Notes: generated by a model from the sequence alone, not told the origin. A stretch of 63,862 nt of DNA, filler included, from Octopus bimaculoides (GCF_001194135.2; 3 parts of 3 records of this genome joined end to end with filler, not necessarily neighbours in it), one strand, 5' to 3'; positions 13,061 through 26,862 are shown, counted from the whole stretch's first letter. Numbers and translations: made by a program.

Positions 13061-14480
13061 CTTCTCCTATACATACATACATACATACATACATACATAC
13101 ATACATACATACATGTACTGGTGAGCATAAGAATCATACTTTTCTTTTGTAGGTCACATAATTCGTTTTCTTTAAATGTTTGCTTTTAGCTAGTAAATAC
13201 TTTCACTACAATATCAAGATGTTTACATACACTATAGTAAACATGGTGGTAGTGTAAGGAATCATGCCTAAAGCTTGGTATTTTTCAACTTGACAGAAGT
13301 AAGTTATTTTTTGACTCTTTGTCTTGTCATGAGATGACTAACTTAACTATTTCCTTTTAAACACATGCTCTATGCAGATTTCCCCTAAAGTAATGCGTAG
13401 TTGTAATTCAGTTTCATATGAATTTATGAATTTATTCTGAACGAGTTTCTACTGCATCTTGTTATAGGATACATTCTCTCACATATCTAAAACAATGACC
13501 CTGTCTATTCAGGCTTTATTATATATTTTATGGTGGAAAATGTCAAACTAAGGAAATTTTTGTTAAATTTTCTTAAAGGACAGAACACCATTTAAATTTG
13601 TCTAGAGATGCCAATTAACACAAATACAGAATTTGAAGCCTATCTAAATCCACTCAGCATGTCTCGAAAAAAGGCGGCAAATAAACACAAGGCAGCAAAT
13701 AAACCTATATCATAAGATAGTATCTTAAAACGAAGGAATGCCACAGCGCAAAATATAATCCTAGACACATTGTTTTAGAAATCAAAATGACAGCAACACG
13801 TTTGATCAACAGTTCTCTTAACATTATTACTTTTGCTGCTTTTGTTCGTTGTTCCTGTTTCTTCCCAAGTCAACCTTGATCGATCCGGTTCGTTACAGAC
13901 AACATACTCTCTTATTTCCATGACTAATATTCACTGGGCTACATAATCTATTTTTGAAAGATGGTAGTGTGGGTGATATGGACTATTATATTTAGCCGAT
14001 CGAATGACCTGAGAAAAGACCCCATATTTTTTCATCATCCGAGGCTGGTATTGTTGTTGCTGTTTTTGCTAAACTGGTAGGCGTTAATGAGCGTTCAATT
14101 AAAGTTGGGGTGGCGGATTGGTGGTCTTGAAGATGGTGATAGGAATAGTGATGATGTTGCTCGCGGTGGTACAGATGCTTATGACGGTAGTGTTAGAAGG
14201 ATTATTGTTATGTTAGTAATGGTGGTGATGGTAGTGTTGGGAATAATCAGGGTGATAATAATGGTAGTGATGGTGGTGACATTATTGATAATGGTGCCAG
14301 TGGCAATGATGACACCGACGATTGTGTCTGTTGAAGTGGTAGACACCAGACACCATAAGGTCACTGTTTTTGAAGTAGTATTACAGTGGTGGTAATTTAG
14401 CGCAGTTGGAGTGGATGCGTTGTGTTGTAGTTGTCATGGTAATACTGTATTTGTGTTATAGTAGTTATGGTGGTTTAGTA

Positions 14481-14699
14481 TGCAAGCAGGTGCTGAAAAG
14501 TTCCAGACTCTAAATGTAACGGGAAAGACCTGGTTCGAGGCCCGACCTTCCAAGTTCTTTTATAGGGTTTAGAAAAACTGAAGGACCACTGCAATAAGTG
14601 TGCCAATTTGAGTGGAGAATATGTTGAATAAAATTATAATTAACTGATCTTCCTGTATTTTCATTTACACAAAGCCAGGATCGTTTCAGCATACCCTCG
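14481..14699 (+). mobile_element. Mariner-derived MITE (about 220 bp)
   Basis: TIR-like gtgctgaaaagttcc and ttcagcataccctcg(ta); carries transposase end LEKLKDHCNKCANLSGEYVE-stop; homologous to 53060-53280. Confidence 0.75.
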
Positions 14700-14827
14700 T
14701 AGATTTTGTTGTAGTGGTATTCTAATAGCTTTTCTGATGTGATAGTGGTGCTGCAGTGGCAGTAAAATTCAGTTGTGTACACTCGTACCTTCTACTGCTT
14801 AATCACATACATACATACATACATAGA

Positions 14828-15072
14828 TGCGCCCTTTTAAAGCCTAGCCAGGATCATGGTCCCGGTTTCCCGGTTTCAATGGCGTATGTGTTCCCCAGCT
14901 GGACGGGACGCCAGTCCATCGCAGCGTTACTCATTTTTGCCAGCTGAGTGGACTGGAGCAACGTGAAATGAAGTGTTTTGCTCAAGAACACAACGCGTCG
15001 CCCGGTCCAGGAATCGAAACCACAATTTTACGATCAAGGTGCTGACACCCTAACCACTAGGCCACGCGCCTC
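14828..15072 (-). mobile_element. SINE family C, body type 3
   Basis: Same head (ctagtggttaggg..ggtttcgattcc), distinct body ggactggcgtcccgtccagctgggg. Confidence 0.82.
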
Positions 15073-15073
15073 C

Positions 15074-15110
<37 letters not shown>

Positions 15111-15391
15111 NNNNNNNNNNNNNNNNNNNNNNNNNNNNNNNNNNNNNNNNNNNNNNNNNNNNNNNNNNNNNNNNNNNNNNNNNNNNNNNNNNNNNNNNNN
15201 NNNNNNNNNNNNNNNNNNNNNNNNNNNNNNNNNNNNNNNNNNNNNNNNNNNNNNNNNNNNNNNNNNNNNNNNNNNNNNNNNNNNNNNNNNNNNNNNNNNN
15301 NNNNNNNNNNNNNNNNNNNNNNNNNNNNNNNNNNNNNNNNNNNNNNNNNNNNNNNNNNNNNNNNNNNNNNATATATATATATATATATATA

Positions 15392-16192
15392 CACCAGTGC
15401 ACGTCCACCAGTGTTATTTGTTTTTAGAGGTGAGAATACCTGCTGGTTGTGGCATGCGTTTGATGTATACGTCAGGGCAGTCCTTCCTACGGATAGCATT
15501 GTAACTAGTCATAGCAACTATATCATGCCTCAGAAGCAGATAGTATCTCGTAGACATTTGGGGGCAGCTGCTGATGATATGGATGATATCTTCCACACTC
15601 GTACAGCAGAGCCGACATTTATTTATCACAACGTAGAGGTTTAGTGGTATCTTTGTCCCTTTTGTTTATCAGGTATTTAGTAGCTATTTCCTTTTCTGGA
15701 TAGTGAAGGCATATCCTTCTCGGTGGGATAAAATGTATCCATTGCACATCCAAGGGAGTCTACTCTTCCTGTCAATGCAATTGCTACTTTGTAGCTTACA
15801 GGATGTGTACCCATGCATTGCTTTTTGATGGTATGATGCCTGCTTCTCCTCCAAGCTTCAGTTTAGTTAGGCCACCCCAGCCTCCTTAGGGTCGAACGAG
15901 GCAGTTGTATTCTCAGAGCAACGGCACAGTAGTTCTTCTCCAGCTCTGAAGATGTTGCTCGCACTTTGAGTATGCATAGAATATACTGTTCAGCAGGTGT
16001 TTTCTGAGTGATACAGTGCGACACTTAAAGTCTGTTTAAACTAATCTTATGCCTCTATCGCCATCACTTCGTCTCATATAAACCATCTCAGTGTCACTAT
16101 TAATGTGAAAGTTGCCAGTGGTGGTCAGTACCTTTCTGGTTTTGATGTCCAAGTTGCGTATCTCATCTGGTGTCCAGTCCAATATCCCAAAT
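15392..16192 (-). mobile_element. R4/Dong-like fragment: RT thumb region to CCHC knuckle
   Basis: GILDWTPDEIRNLDIKTRKVLT..YMRRSDGDRG and CRLCCTSVEDIIHIISSCP..RHD. Confidence 0.85.
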
Positions 16193-16994
16193 GTATGTAT
16201 GTATGCGTGTATGTATGCATTTATGTATGTATATACTCACGCAAGCCCGTACAGTTTCGTATTGAAATACATATAGCTAACCTTCAAGAGTTAGGTCACT
16301 TTTCTATTTTTCTACCGTATAGAAGAAACATTGCACTGATATCACTACCAGGCAATTGGTGCCGCTTTGCTCCAAAACTTAGGTCCCAGATACTTAGTGA
16401 CAAGATATGAGATTATATAGTATTAATGCTTTACTAAATAAAATAACAGTTAAAATGAAATAATATGCCCACAACCAGCAAAATACAGAGTGTATTCTCA
16501 ACTCACAACTGGATAATAGCTAATAATATCTATTCTAATAATGTATCATTACAAAAATGAAAAATATATTACTTGAAGCCATAACATAATTTAATTCCTA
16601 TGGGCAACTTCAAATAATGAAAGCTCATTTACCAAATGTCATAAATTTTCTATTGACATTTTCAGTGATAATTTTAAGCGAGGCGAGAAGGAATTCAATT
16701 AAGAACAATTGAAACAAACATGGAACAAATGAGCTTTGCAGAAATTTGTAATTAGGGCGTTGGTTTTGAAATAATATACTTGAGATGCTAACCTCTATTA
16801 AGGAGAATGTAAAATAAAGGAAATAATTGCATATTTTTTGGAGAATACAATCGAGAATTTTGAAATAAAATTACGAGACAGGTTTGTCTCCATTTGCATA
16901 ATAGCGTTAGTAAATTAAGAGTATTCTAGTCAGAAGAAATAATCTATCTTATATTATCACAATTTTCTGCATATTTTATTACAAGTGCATACAA

Positions 16995-17031
<37 letters not shown>

Positions 17032-17046
17032 CGCGCGCGCGCCTGG

Positions 17047-17084
<38 letters not shown>

Positions 17085-17088
<4 letters not shown>

Positions 17089-17420
17089 GACACTCTTCGG
17101 TCACTAATGACCATGGGATTGCACCGACAAAGATCCCCTTCGAGACACAAATCCAGAGAAAGTTAACTTGTAGAAGAGCAGCAGTCGCTCGTTCATACTA
17201 GTCTCCCCTCTTACGCCACCGATGCGTGTCCTAAGCAAAGGCAAAGGCTGATACAGCTTGGCACCAGTGACATTGCAACTCATTTCTACAGCTGAGTGAA
17301 CTGGAGTAGTGTGAAATAAAGTGTCTTGCCCAAGTACACAACACACAGCCCGGTCCGGGAATCGAACTCACTACCTCACGATCGTAAACCAGATACTCTA
17401 ACCACTGAGCCTTGCGCCTT
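17085..17420 (-). mobile_element. SINE family C, body type 1
   Basis: Homologous to 45843-46185. Confidence 0.88.
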
Positions 17421-17489
17421 CATATGTGTGTATGTATGCATATATGCATGTACGTACGTATGTATGTATGTATGTAATGTATGTATGTT

Positions 17490-18215
17490 ATCAATCAGTT
17501 TCATTTCTGTATTTCTTGTTCATAGAGAAAGAGCCGGACTCTAACATAGATTCAAGGCTCCTTCATTGGAACTTTTATCAACATCATCTAGGTATTTGTG
17601 CATATGTGTGTGTGTGTGTGTGTAGTATTTGGTGTTAGTGTATGCGCAGATTTGTATGTTTGTTTTATGGATGCGTTTTTATGTATATATTTTCATGTCT
17701 AGATGCATGCATATGTATTTACGTGCTAAATGTTTGGAAAGTTTTACATATCTTTGCAGTTCCATTGATGGCTTGAATCTATAGTCTTCTAATCAGCCTT
17801 TTTCTTTCAGGTTTTGAGAACCCTAATTTTTGCAGGTTTTTGTTGAGGCAGTTCGTTACATATCCCAATGCCCCAACAATCACGGGTATGAATCTGAACT
17901 TGTAGTCTGAGTGGAGTATCTGCAAATTTCTCAGTAGCTCGGCGTAGTTGTTCTCTTTTTCTCTAATCTTTAGCGTGATGTTGACATCCGCAGGACAGCT
18001 GATTTCTACTACTGTACACAGTTTCTCTTCTCTGTCCCAGATTACTATATCCGGTCTATTATGTCTGCACTTTATTGAGGTTTTTATTGGGACATTCCAC
18101 CAATACTCTTTCATATTGTGAGTGGTAATGGCCTCTACCTCATTATGGGTTTTCAACTCCTTAGCCCCGGGGTTATCCTGTCGGCGGATTTCGTTGTACA
18201 GTGTCTTGGCCACAA
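17490..18215 (-). mobile_element. 5'-truncated R4/Dong-like copy with 144-codon open endonuclease region and 3' UTR
   Basis: RHNRPDIVIWDREEKLCTVVEISCP..KENNY..FIPVIVGALG (PD-(D/E)xK type). Confidence 0.9.
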
Positions 18216-18750
18216 CATGTATGTATGTATGTATGCGTGTGTGTGTGTCTGTATCTGTATGTTTGTGAGTAATTACTGCATAGCGATGTGATAATACAGT
18301 TGTACGGAAAACTTACGAGTAAGGGTGTGATTTAGTAAATTGCAGTTACCCTAGAGCTATTCAGAAAATTAAAATCACAAGGATTAATTAATAAATTAAT
18401 TTTCCCAATACTACTATAATGCAAATGAGGCACAGCAATTTGTTTCCCATAGTATTGATTTTCATATTAAGTAGCTTTCAGGTACTGTTCTCTCTCTGGA
18501 CAGAAAATAAACTACAGGTCTTACACGAACTCTTTTTAAAACTATCTAAAACAATCTTCTTTGCACTCAGAGAGCAAAACAGGTTGTCTCAACGCGATGT
18601 TTACTGTTTACTTTCCATAGAGAGACAAAAAAATTGGTTACTAAAAACATACGCACATGTTTTTTTATCTATTATTTGTCTCGTTCCTTCTCTCTGATAC
18701 TGTCTCTCTCTATTTCTCAATCACTCTTTTTCTTTCTGATTCTGTTTCGC

Positions 18751-18878
<128 letters not shown>

Positions 18879-19027
18879 TTACTTACTTATTTAGGATATG
18901 TATGAATATCAGTACATGCGCACTTTTATCGTCTTTTGAGGAAATCTTCTAAATTGTCAATGAGGTAGGATTTTTGCGTTCTTGTCTGTGTGTGTATGAG
19001 AGAAAGAGGGAGGGAGAGAAGGAAGAG

Positions 19028-19058
<31 letters not shown>

Positions 19059-21270
19059 AAGAAAGAAAGAAAGAGAGAGCGCGTCAAACAGATAGACCGA
19101 CAGACATCGTCATTACTAATTGTGTAAATACCCGGGGTATTTCACCTGCTCTTTACGTTCTGAGTTCAAATAGATCAGGGCTTAAATTTGCCTTTCACCC
19201 TCAAGTAGATTTATCGGTTGATCTCTGCTTCGTTATTGTCAATGAAATGAAACTATCAGCTGACCCCTAATCCTGGCTAAAAAAAGGGGGGCATTGATTT
19301 AGAGGTCAGCAGCCTAGCATCATCAAAATAACCGAAACCTTTTCCTCTGAGAGGCAGACATGTTGGGAGGGAGAGACGTATTGAATAACATGCGACTAAG
19401 GATTTTCAGTGTTACAGATTGGATACTTTACGGTGATGTTTAGAATCATTTTATAAAACGTGGTCCTGACTAGCTACTGTTGATTTTGTAATTGCTCTCA
19501 CTGTTGATGCTTTTGTCATTAGTATAGTTAGAGCAGTTAGTGTTAAATAATTACTTTCACTTTCGGTTCCTTGACCGGCTCATCTTTTTTTGCTCATGTT
19601 ACATTAGTTGGAGAAAGCCTTGTACATTATGGGTTATGGTTCTACAGCATGTAAGTATGTTATTGTTGTTATTGTCACCTCCAAGATCTTTTCACACCTA
19701 ATATATATATTTAAGTCTGAAGAATTATGTACCCTTCCTTCTCAAGGCAGTAAAGAGAAGTTTGAGGGAAATACGGCTGCTATTTCAAGCAAGGTAACCA
19801 GCTGCGTAGAGTGTCTTACGCTGGTAAAATACGTTGTTATAGGGCTACGTTAAAGAATTATTCTAATCGATAAGATGATAAAACATAGATGTAGACCTGA
19901 GATGCATAATTAGTGAATAGGTCCATAGAGCAAACACGGTCAACGGTTTTGTTCACGAGGTCAACGGTGGGTTTAAAAGGAAAATTTGGCGACCAAAATG
20001 TGTGGAAGGTTTTGCTGCAGATCTTCACGTGCTATATCGTTACTTTCAGCATAATTTCCAACATAATGGGAGCAGTTATGAGTTGATACCTAAGAGAATA
20101 TCTGTAGGCTCAGGGATTGTGATTAGATCATCTTGTGAACAATGTTGTTGCAATGAAATGTCGGTCTGTGCTAAAATACATATGTACGGAGTATATCATA
20201 GTTTTAAGCTCTTTCACTTGCATTCTCGTTTCAAATCTCGCTAAAGTCTAATTTATTTTCATCTCAAATCTCGGATTGTCAATGAAATATATACCAGTAA
20301 TGTGCATGGGTCCTTGAGTAACTCTGATCCTCAGAGAGTGCCCCGAGCAACGTAAACATTTACTTGTTTCCAATCTAAGTACAAAGAATATCACTTAATG
20401 TTTTATTTTTATCTTGCCCCAACAGCAAGAGACTCTACGTCACTATTTGACCTGCCAGAAATAGTAGCCAACTTTTCTTCAAATCAAATTTTCGTTAAAT
20501 TTCCTTCATCATCGACACCATCAACAGAGTCGTCATCATTATTATCGTCCTCGTCGTCGTTGTCGCTATTTCCCTAATCGTCGTCGTCGTCGTCGTCATC
20601 ATCAACATAGTCGTCGTCGTCGTCGTCATCATCATCATCATCACCACGAGCATCATCGTCTTACTCGTTAGAGAATAGAACTAATTATGATTATGTTATT
20701 TTATTCATTTGCAAAGTTTGCAAACGAAAGACAGAACGATAACGACAACAACATCAACGTATACAGCAGCAACTGATGTAGTAAAAGCGCACAAATTAAA
20801 ATAGAATAGAAACAAAAAGAGTGTAAGAAAATCCAGTGTTGACCTTTGAAGATTGACATTTTCAGTTGATGATTTATGTGTCTGACTTGATTAAAAGGAA
20901 TCCACTTAAACAAGAACAACAACAATTATACAGGAAAAGCTATACTAAAAACAAAAATAAAAACTAATAAATAGACAATTATAACAATTAAACAACGGAA
21001 TACAAAACGCCACAAGAAAAATATTTTAAAATACATATATGTATCTCATTTGTGTTGATAAATTCACATCTATTATCAAGTATAATCTACAATGTGTTGT
21101 AATTTGTTTCTAATTGCTCATTATTTTGATGCGTACGAACAAAACGTATATAGCAACTTAGACATGTGTGTGTATGTGCTGTGAGTGTGTGTGTATGTGT
21201 GCGTATACATATATATATATATATATATATCTGCATATATAAACATATATATGTATGTATATACATACGC

Positions 21271-21301
<31 letters not shown>

Positions 21302-21592
21302 NNNNNNNNNNNNNNNNNNNNNNNNNNNNNNNNNNNNNNNNNNNNNNNNNNNNNNNNNNNNNNNNNNNNNNNNNNNNNNNNNNNNNNNNNNNNNNNNNNN
21401 NNNNNNNNNNNNNNNNNNNNNNNNNNNNNNNNNNNNNNNNNNNNNNNNNNNNNNNNNNNNNNNNNNNNNNNNNNNNNNNNNNNNNNNNNNNNNNNNNNNN
21501 NNNNNNNNNNNNNNNNNNNNNNNNNNNNNNNNNNNNNNNNNNNNNNNNNNNNNNNNNNNNNNNNNNNNNNNNNNNNNNNTAAATATTTATGC

Positions 21593-21647
<55 letters not shown>

Positions 21648-22187
21648 CATAAATATGTATGTGCATATACAGATCTGTCCGCTTACACAGACATAGTCCT
21701 TAGAGTCACGTAGTATTTAATGGCCACTATCAGAAAGTCATTTGACTTTAGTCTTTTAAAATGTTTTTGGCTAATTATTCTATTTGTCTGTGAATGTTTG
21801 TGTGTGTATGTGTGTGCATGCGTGTGCGCGTGTGTGTGTGTGTGTGCGTGTGTGTGTGTATGTATGTATACATATGTAGAATACTTAACGATATATATAT
21901 ATATATAGATATGCAGGGCAGGGAATCGTCAATTAGTAATAAAATTAATAATCAACAATTTTGCCGAGTAGCTCAGTATGAAAAAACCTTCTTCGGTAAA
22001 AAATTTATAATCATAAATATATAGGGATTGACAGTAACCTGCTTCTCCACCATACTGAGAATTCAGAAATAGCAGTCAAAGAACTACTGATTTCAAAACT
22101 ACAAATTATTACTCCAGATTGATAGCGATATTTTTGATACACACAGAACAAAAAACAGTAGAGAAGAGTAAAAAACACTTGCCTTTA

Positions 22188-22287
22188 NNNNNNNNNNNNN
22201 NNNNNNNNNNNNNNNNNNNNNNNNNNNNNNNTTAATTAATTAANNNNNNNNNNNNNNNNNNNNNNNNNNNNNNNNNNNNNNNNNNNN
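22188..22287. other. Artificial scaffold-join spacer N44-TTAATTAATTAA-N44
   Basis: Exactly 100 nt; the linker has stop codons in all six frames; identical to 52197-52296. Confidence 0.95.
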
Positions 22288-22645
22288 GTGGGGTACATTC
22301 TTCGCCAGGGTAGGTTTTGGCATTTATAAGCCGCCCTCTTTCCCTATTTCTGGCGAGGATGTAGTCGATTTGGCTAGAGTGTCTGCCGGAGCGGTAGGTG
22401 ACTAGGTGACTGGCAGGTTTCCTGAAGTTGGTATTGCAGACCATAAGATTGGTTGCATCACAGAACTCCAGCAGTCTGGTTCCCTCCTCGTTGCGGGAAC
22501 CGAAGCCATAGCCTCCATGTATGCCATGGAAGCCTCCAGCACGACGTCCGACATGACCGTTGAAGTCTCCAGCCACAAAGAGAAGGTCCCTGTCACTCGT
22601 CGACGAGGTAGTTTGCAAGAGGGTGTCATAGAATTGGTCTTTCAG
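22288..22645 (-). mobile_element. RTE-clade LINE, AP-endonuclease fragment with open frame, truncated at the scaffold join
   Basis: FVAGDFNGHVG..HGGYGFGSRNEEGTRLLEFCD..NTNFRKP..TYRSG..SQIDYIL. Confidence 0.92.
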
Positions 22646-23549
22646 ATTTAATGTTTTAGAAAAACAATTGTTAAAATATTTTGAGCAATGTAGAAGTATA
22701 ACCCATTTGTTGCTCATAAATTTTAACAAAATCTTATGTGGACCTCCAAGGGTCATATGAACCCTGGCTGAGAACCCCTGCAGCAGGTCTTCTATGCATT
22801 CTCCTCGTTTAGCAGCCCGTTTTAATAGAACTTCACCATTTCTTTTTAGCTTTGATATGAGCAAGGACTCCATTATCATTCAAATTACAGAATTTACCAA
22901 CAGTATTAATTTCCAGTGACACACTGCAGACAATCTCTTCACACCTTAGAACAGTGGCAAGCTTCAAACTTTTAGCCTCTCCTTCAATTAATTATACTTA
23001 GCACTTAGTTTCTCTTCTTGCTACTTGATATTACTCCTTGCTGTTCCCTTTCTTTCAATCTTTTGTCTGTCTTTTAGCCTTTATAGATTGACTTATGTGG
23101 CTATTCTATCACTATGCCACCCTCTTTTTGGCTGTGGTCTGGTCATTTGCCATTACAAGGTTGCCCACTGAAACTTTCTGTTGTCCTCTGTACTGTAGTC
23201 TAGCACAGAGAAAGACAACAAGGTAACAGTGTTAGTAAGAGGTTAGGAAGGTGAAAGGGGAGAGTGAAGTATAGTATCAATAAAACACAGGACATTAAGC
23301 TAAGAGAAGTTAGTATAGCACATTATTCTGTACTATACATTTCTATTTTCTCCTCTATTTCATCAGGCATCATTCAATACATGCCTGAATGCATTGATGG
23401 TTGAAAGCTCTTATAACTTATTCCATATTAATCTTCTCCTAATTATCTTATGCTTCTAGGGTTATCTAGCTTTCACACTGAAATTACTAACCACTAACTG
23501 AAGTTGAGTATAACACTCTTCTCTAGGGAAAGATTGAGTATTGACCACC

Positions 23550-24060
23550 ATCTGTGTGTCCCCTTTTCTAAGTAAGAAACCTATTTGGCTTCTGTGTTTG
23601 TTAATAGATCTGGAGATTAGCTGGTTTTTTGAAAATGGTCTTGCAAATGGTTAGGTGATTTGCATCACAGAACTCAAGGAGCTTTATTCATTATATCATA
23701 GCCATATTCTCTGTGAATGCCAAAGCCATTGAGAAGCTGTCCAACTGTCCATTAAAATTGCCAGCTGCAATAACAAAGTTGCTTTCAATTGTTTTGGACA
23801 TGGTCTGCAGAAAGATCTCATCAACATCGTCCTAATCATCAGTAAATCTTGAGTGTGGTGTTTAAGCTGTACAAACTTATCTTTGTCCAGGATTAGCTTA
23901 AGCTTAATTATCCTGTTACACACACAAACCACCTCAATTATCTATCTACTCCTTTGCTAACAATATACTACCCATCCAGAAGAATTTATACATTAGTTTC
24001 TTGCCCATGAGTAACCTGGCCAAAATTCACTGCTACCATACTTCTTGTACAGATTCACCT
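23550..24060 (-). pseudogene. Decayed RTE AP-endonuclease remnant
   Basis: YKFFWMG, RIIKLKLIL, IAAGNFNG, LLEFCDANHLTICKTIFKKP with stops and frameshifts. Confidence 0.8.
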
Positions 24061-24778
24061 TCCTCCAATCAGTATCATATAGGCATACAGACATATGCAT
24101 TACTTTAAGCCTGTAGCCTAGACTCAGCTGATATAAATGTACCTCATAGCCACCCATTGCTAGAAGTTCAGAAAAACTTCTCCATAGTTCCATACAAATA
24201 CTGTTATGTAATATTTATTTTTATTTGAATTTTTCATAAATTTGACATCTTATGATGAATCATAACTGTTATCATAAGTCACTTTTCCATGTTTGTGTAG
24301 GTTAAACATGTCCTCTCCAACGCAGTATCTTACCATTTGTTGTTTTCCTTTATCATCTCCTATGGGAAGTTCAACATCCTGAGATTAGCTTTTACCATTT
24401 CTGCCCATATCTTCCTTGGTCTTTCTCTTCCAGTTTACTTCCACTTGGATAGCTTAGCATTTCTTTACCAATCTGTTATCTCCCATACACAACATACGTT
24501 TATACTAACAGTCTTTATTCTTGCACTCTACAGCTAACTCCTCTTATACTCTGTTTATCTATCAGATCACCTGTACTAACATTGCACATCATGCAGGATA
24601 TACTTGTTTCATTTCTCTCCAACCTTTACATGTTTTCTACATACAGTACCCACATCTCACTACCATCTGCTCTGGAGAAAACCTTTCATTCATTATTCAG
24701 ACATCTGCAGTTCTTTTAAACTCTGCAAAGGCCCACAAAATTACACAATACTCAATACAAAATATCTTCTGAAAACTA

Positions 24779-26025
24779 TTAGATTGTCAAGAAAGTTCTT
24801 GCAGAATTTTAAATTTTGGTTTTAAACGATGTATTTTCAAATTAATTTTCATTAAATTACTTTGACTTTATATACCATTTTAAAGCCTGTTTTTTGCTCT
24901 ATCTAATTGGGTTCCTCTTTTCCTTTTTGAATAATTACGCCATTTTTCCCGGAATGTTGAATAAAACATGGACAAAAAGCAAATTCATACAATTTTCTTA
25001 TTCCAGTTCAAGCTAGGCCAAAAAGCTGCTGGAACAACTCACAATATTAACGATGCGTTTGGCCTAGGAACCACTAATGAATATACAGCACAATGGTGGT
25101 TCAAAAAATTTAGTAGCGGTGATGAGAGCCTTGAAGATGATAAGCGTAGTGGTCGGCCATCAGATGTTGACAACGATCAACTAAGAGCCTTAGTTGAAGC
25201 CAATCCATGCACAACTGTTCNNNNNNNNNNTAAGAGCCTTAGTTGAAGCCAATCCATGCACAACTGTTCGAGAGCTTGCTTCTGAATTAGACGTAACGTA
25301 TACGACAATTTCCAACCACTTGGAAGAGATTGGGAAAACAAAAATACCTGAGAAATGGGTGCCGCACGAATTGAACAACAATAAAAAAAACCGCTGTTTT
25401 GAAGTGTCGTCTTCCCTTCTTTTACGCAACAAGAACGACCTGTTTCTCGACCAGATTGTGAGTTGCGATGAAAATTGGATTCTTTACGACAACCAGCAAC
25501 ACTCAGCTCAGTGGTTGGACGCTGACAAAGCTCCACGGCACTTCCTGAAGCCAAAGTTGCCTCAAAAGAAGGTCATGATAACTGTTCGGTGGTCTGCAGC
25601 CGGTCTCATCCATTACAGCTTTTTGAATCTAGGCAAAACCATTACGGTAGAGAAGTACTGTCAGCAAATGGATGAAATACATAAGAAACTCCAACAGCCA
25701 GCATTGGTCAATAGAAAAGGACCAATTCTTCTCTACGACAACACTCAGCCACACATCACACGACTGACCCAGCAGAAGTTGAACGAATTGGGCAACAAAA
25801 CTCTGCCTCATCCGCCATACTCACCAGACCTCTTGCCTACCAACTACCACTTTTTCAAGCATCTCGACAACTTCCTGTGTGAGAAATGCTTCAAAAACCA
25901 AGACGATGCCAAACACACCTTCAATGACTTCGTCGCCACCAGAACGCAGAATTTTTACACTACTGACATAAATAAACTTGTTTTGCATTGGCAAACGTGT
26001 GTTGATTCTGATGGTGTTTATTTTG
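24779..26025 (+). mobile_element. Mariner transposon, cecropia/Hsmar1-like, with open transposase ORF from 24968; 3' end lost in gap
   Basis: TA + TTAGATTGTCAAGAAAGT TIR-like start; WVPHEL, CDENW, YDNTQPH, YSPDLLPTNYHFF motifs; frame is continuous once the 39-nt duplication and 10 N at 25182-25269 are collapsed. Confidence 0.93.
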
Positions 26026-26825
26026 NNNNNNNNNNNNNNNNNNNNNNNNNNNNNNNNNNNNNNNNNNNNNNNNNNNNNNNNNNNNNNNNNNNNNNNNNNN
26101 NNNNNNNNNNNNNNNNNNNNNNNNNNNNNNNNNNNNNNNNNNNNNNNNNNNNNNNNNNNNNNNNNNNNNNNNNNNNNNNNNNNNNNNNNNNNNNNNNNNN
26201 NNNNNNNNNNNNNNNNNNNNNNNNNNNNNNNNNNNNNNNNNNNNNNNNNNNNNNNNNNNNNNNNNNNNNNNNNNNNNNNNNNNNNNNNNNNNNNNNNNNN
26301 NNNNNNNNNNNNNNNNNNNNNNNNNNNNNNNNNNNNNNNNNNNNNNNNNNNNNNNNNNNNNNNNNNNNNNNNNNNNNNNNNNNNNNNNNNNNNNNNNNNN
26401 NNNNNNNNNNNNNNNNNTGTGTAATCAGATAATCTTCTTAATTTCAACATAGTCTCCAAAAATAAGGAACAGATATAGAGAATAAAAGTGCAGTAAAACT
26501 TTATGATTTATAAATAACTTCATTAAATAGAATACATAGAGATGAGGACAAGTAGTAAGTCAGAGAAAATGGAAAACTTAAACAAATAGCAGATGTGAAA
26601 GAAAGAAAAAATATTTTTTATTTAACTTGAAAATTTATTTTATAAAAAATAAAATGAGAAAATTATTCAAAATAATACAAATGATTCCTCCTACATAAAA
26701 AAAAAAAAACACAAGGTTTCAGATTTATAAAGGAATGGGGTGATAGAAGACAGTTTGATGTTCTTGAACAACAGAAATGAAATGACTAATAATTGGAAAT
26801 AGCAAATAGGCATCAACGGACGGCA

Positions 26826-26862
26826 TCAACGCTTCCTGGAGCCTTTTTTATTTGGTCCCCAA
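26826..26862 (-). CDS. NBN: NBN last coding exon (WGPNKKGSRKR-stop)
   Basis: catttacag acceptor, phase 2, TGA at 26828-26826; basic C-terminus as in human YNPYLKRRR. Confidence 0.85.

Noticed and set aside
22232-22879. 215-aa ORF as a host gene (craniofacial development protein 2-like)
   Set aside because: Chimeric. The 3' half is RTE endonuclease, the 5' half crosses a MITE fragment and unrelated sequence, and the stop is in the synthetic spacer.
25182-25269. 39-nt tandem duplication and apparent frameshift in the mariner ORF
   Set aside because: Identical copies flank a 10-N gap, the signature of an unmerged contig overlap.
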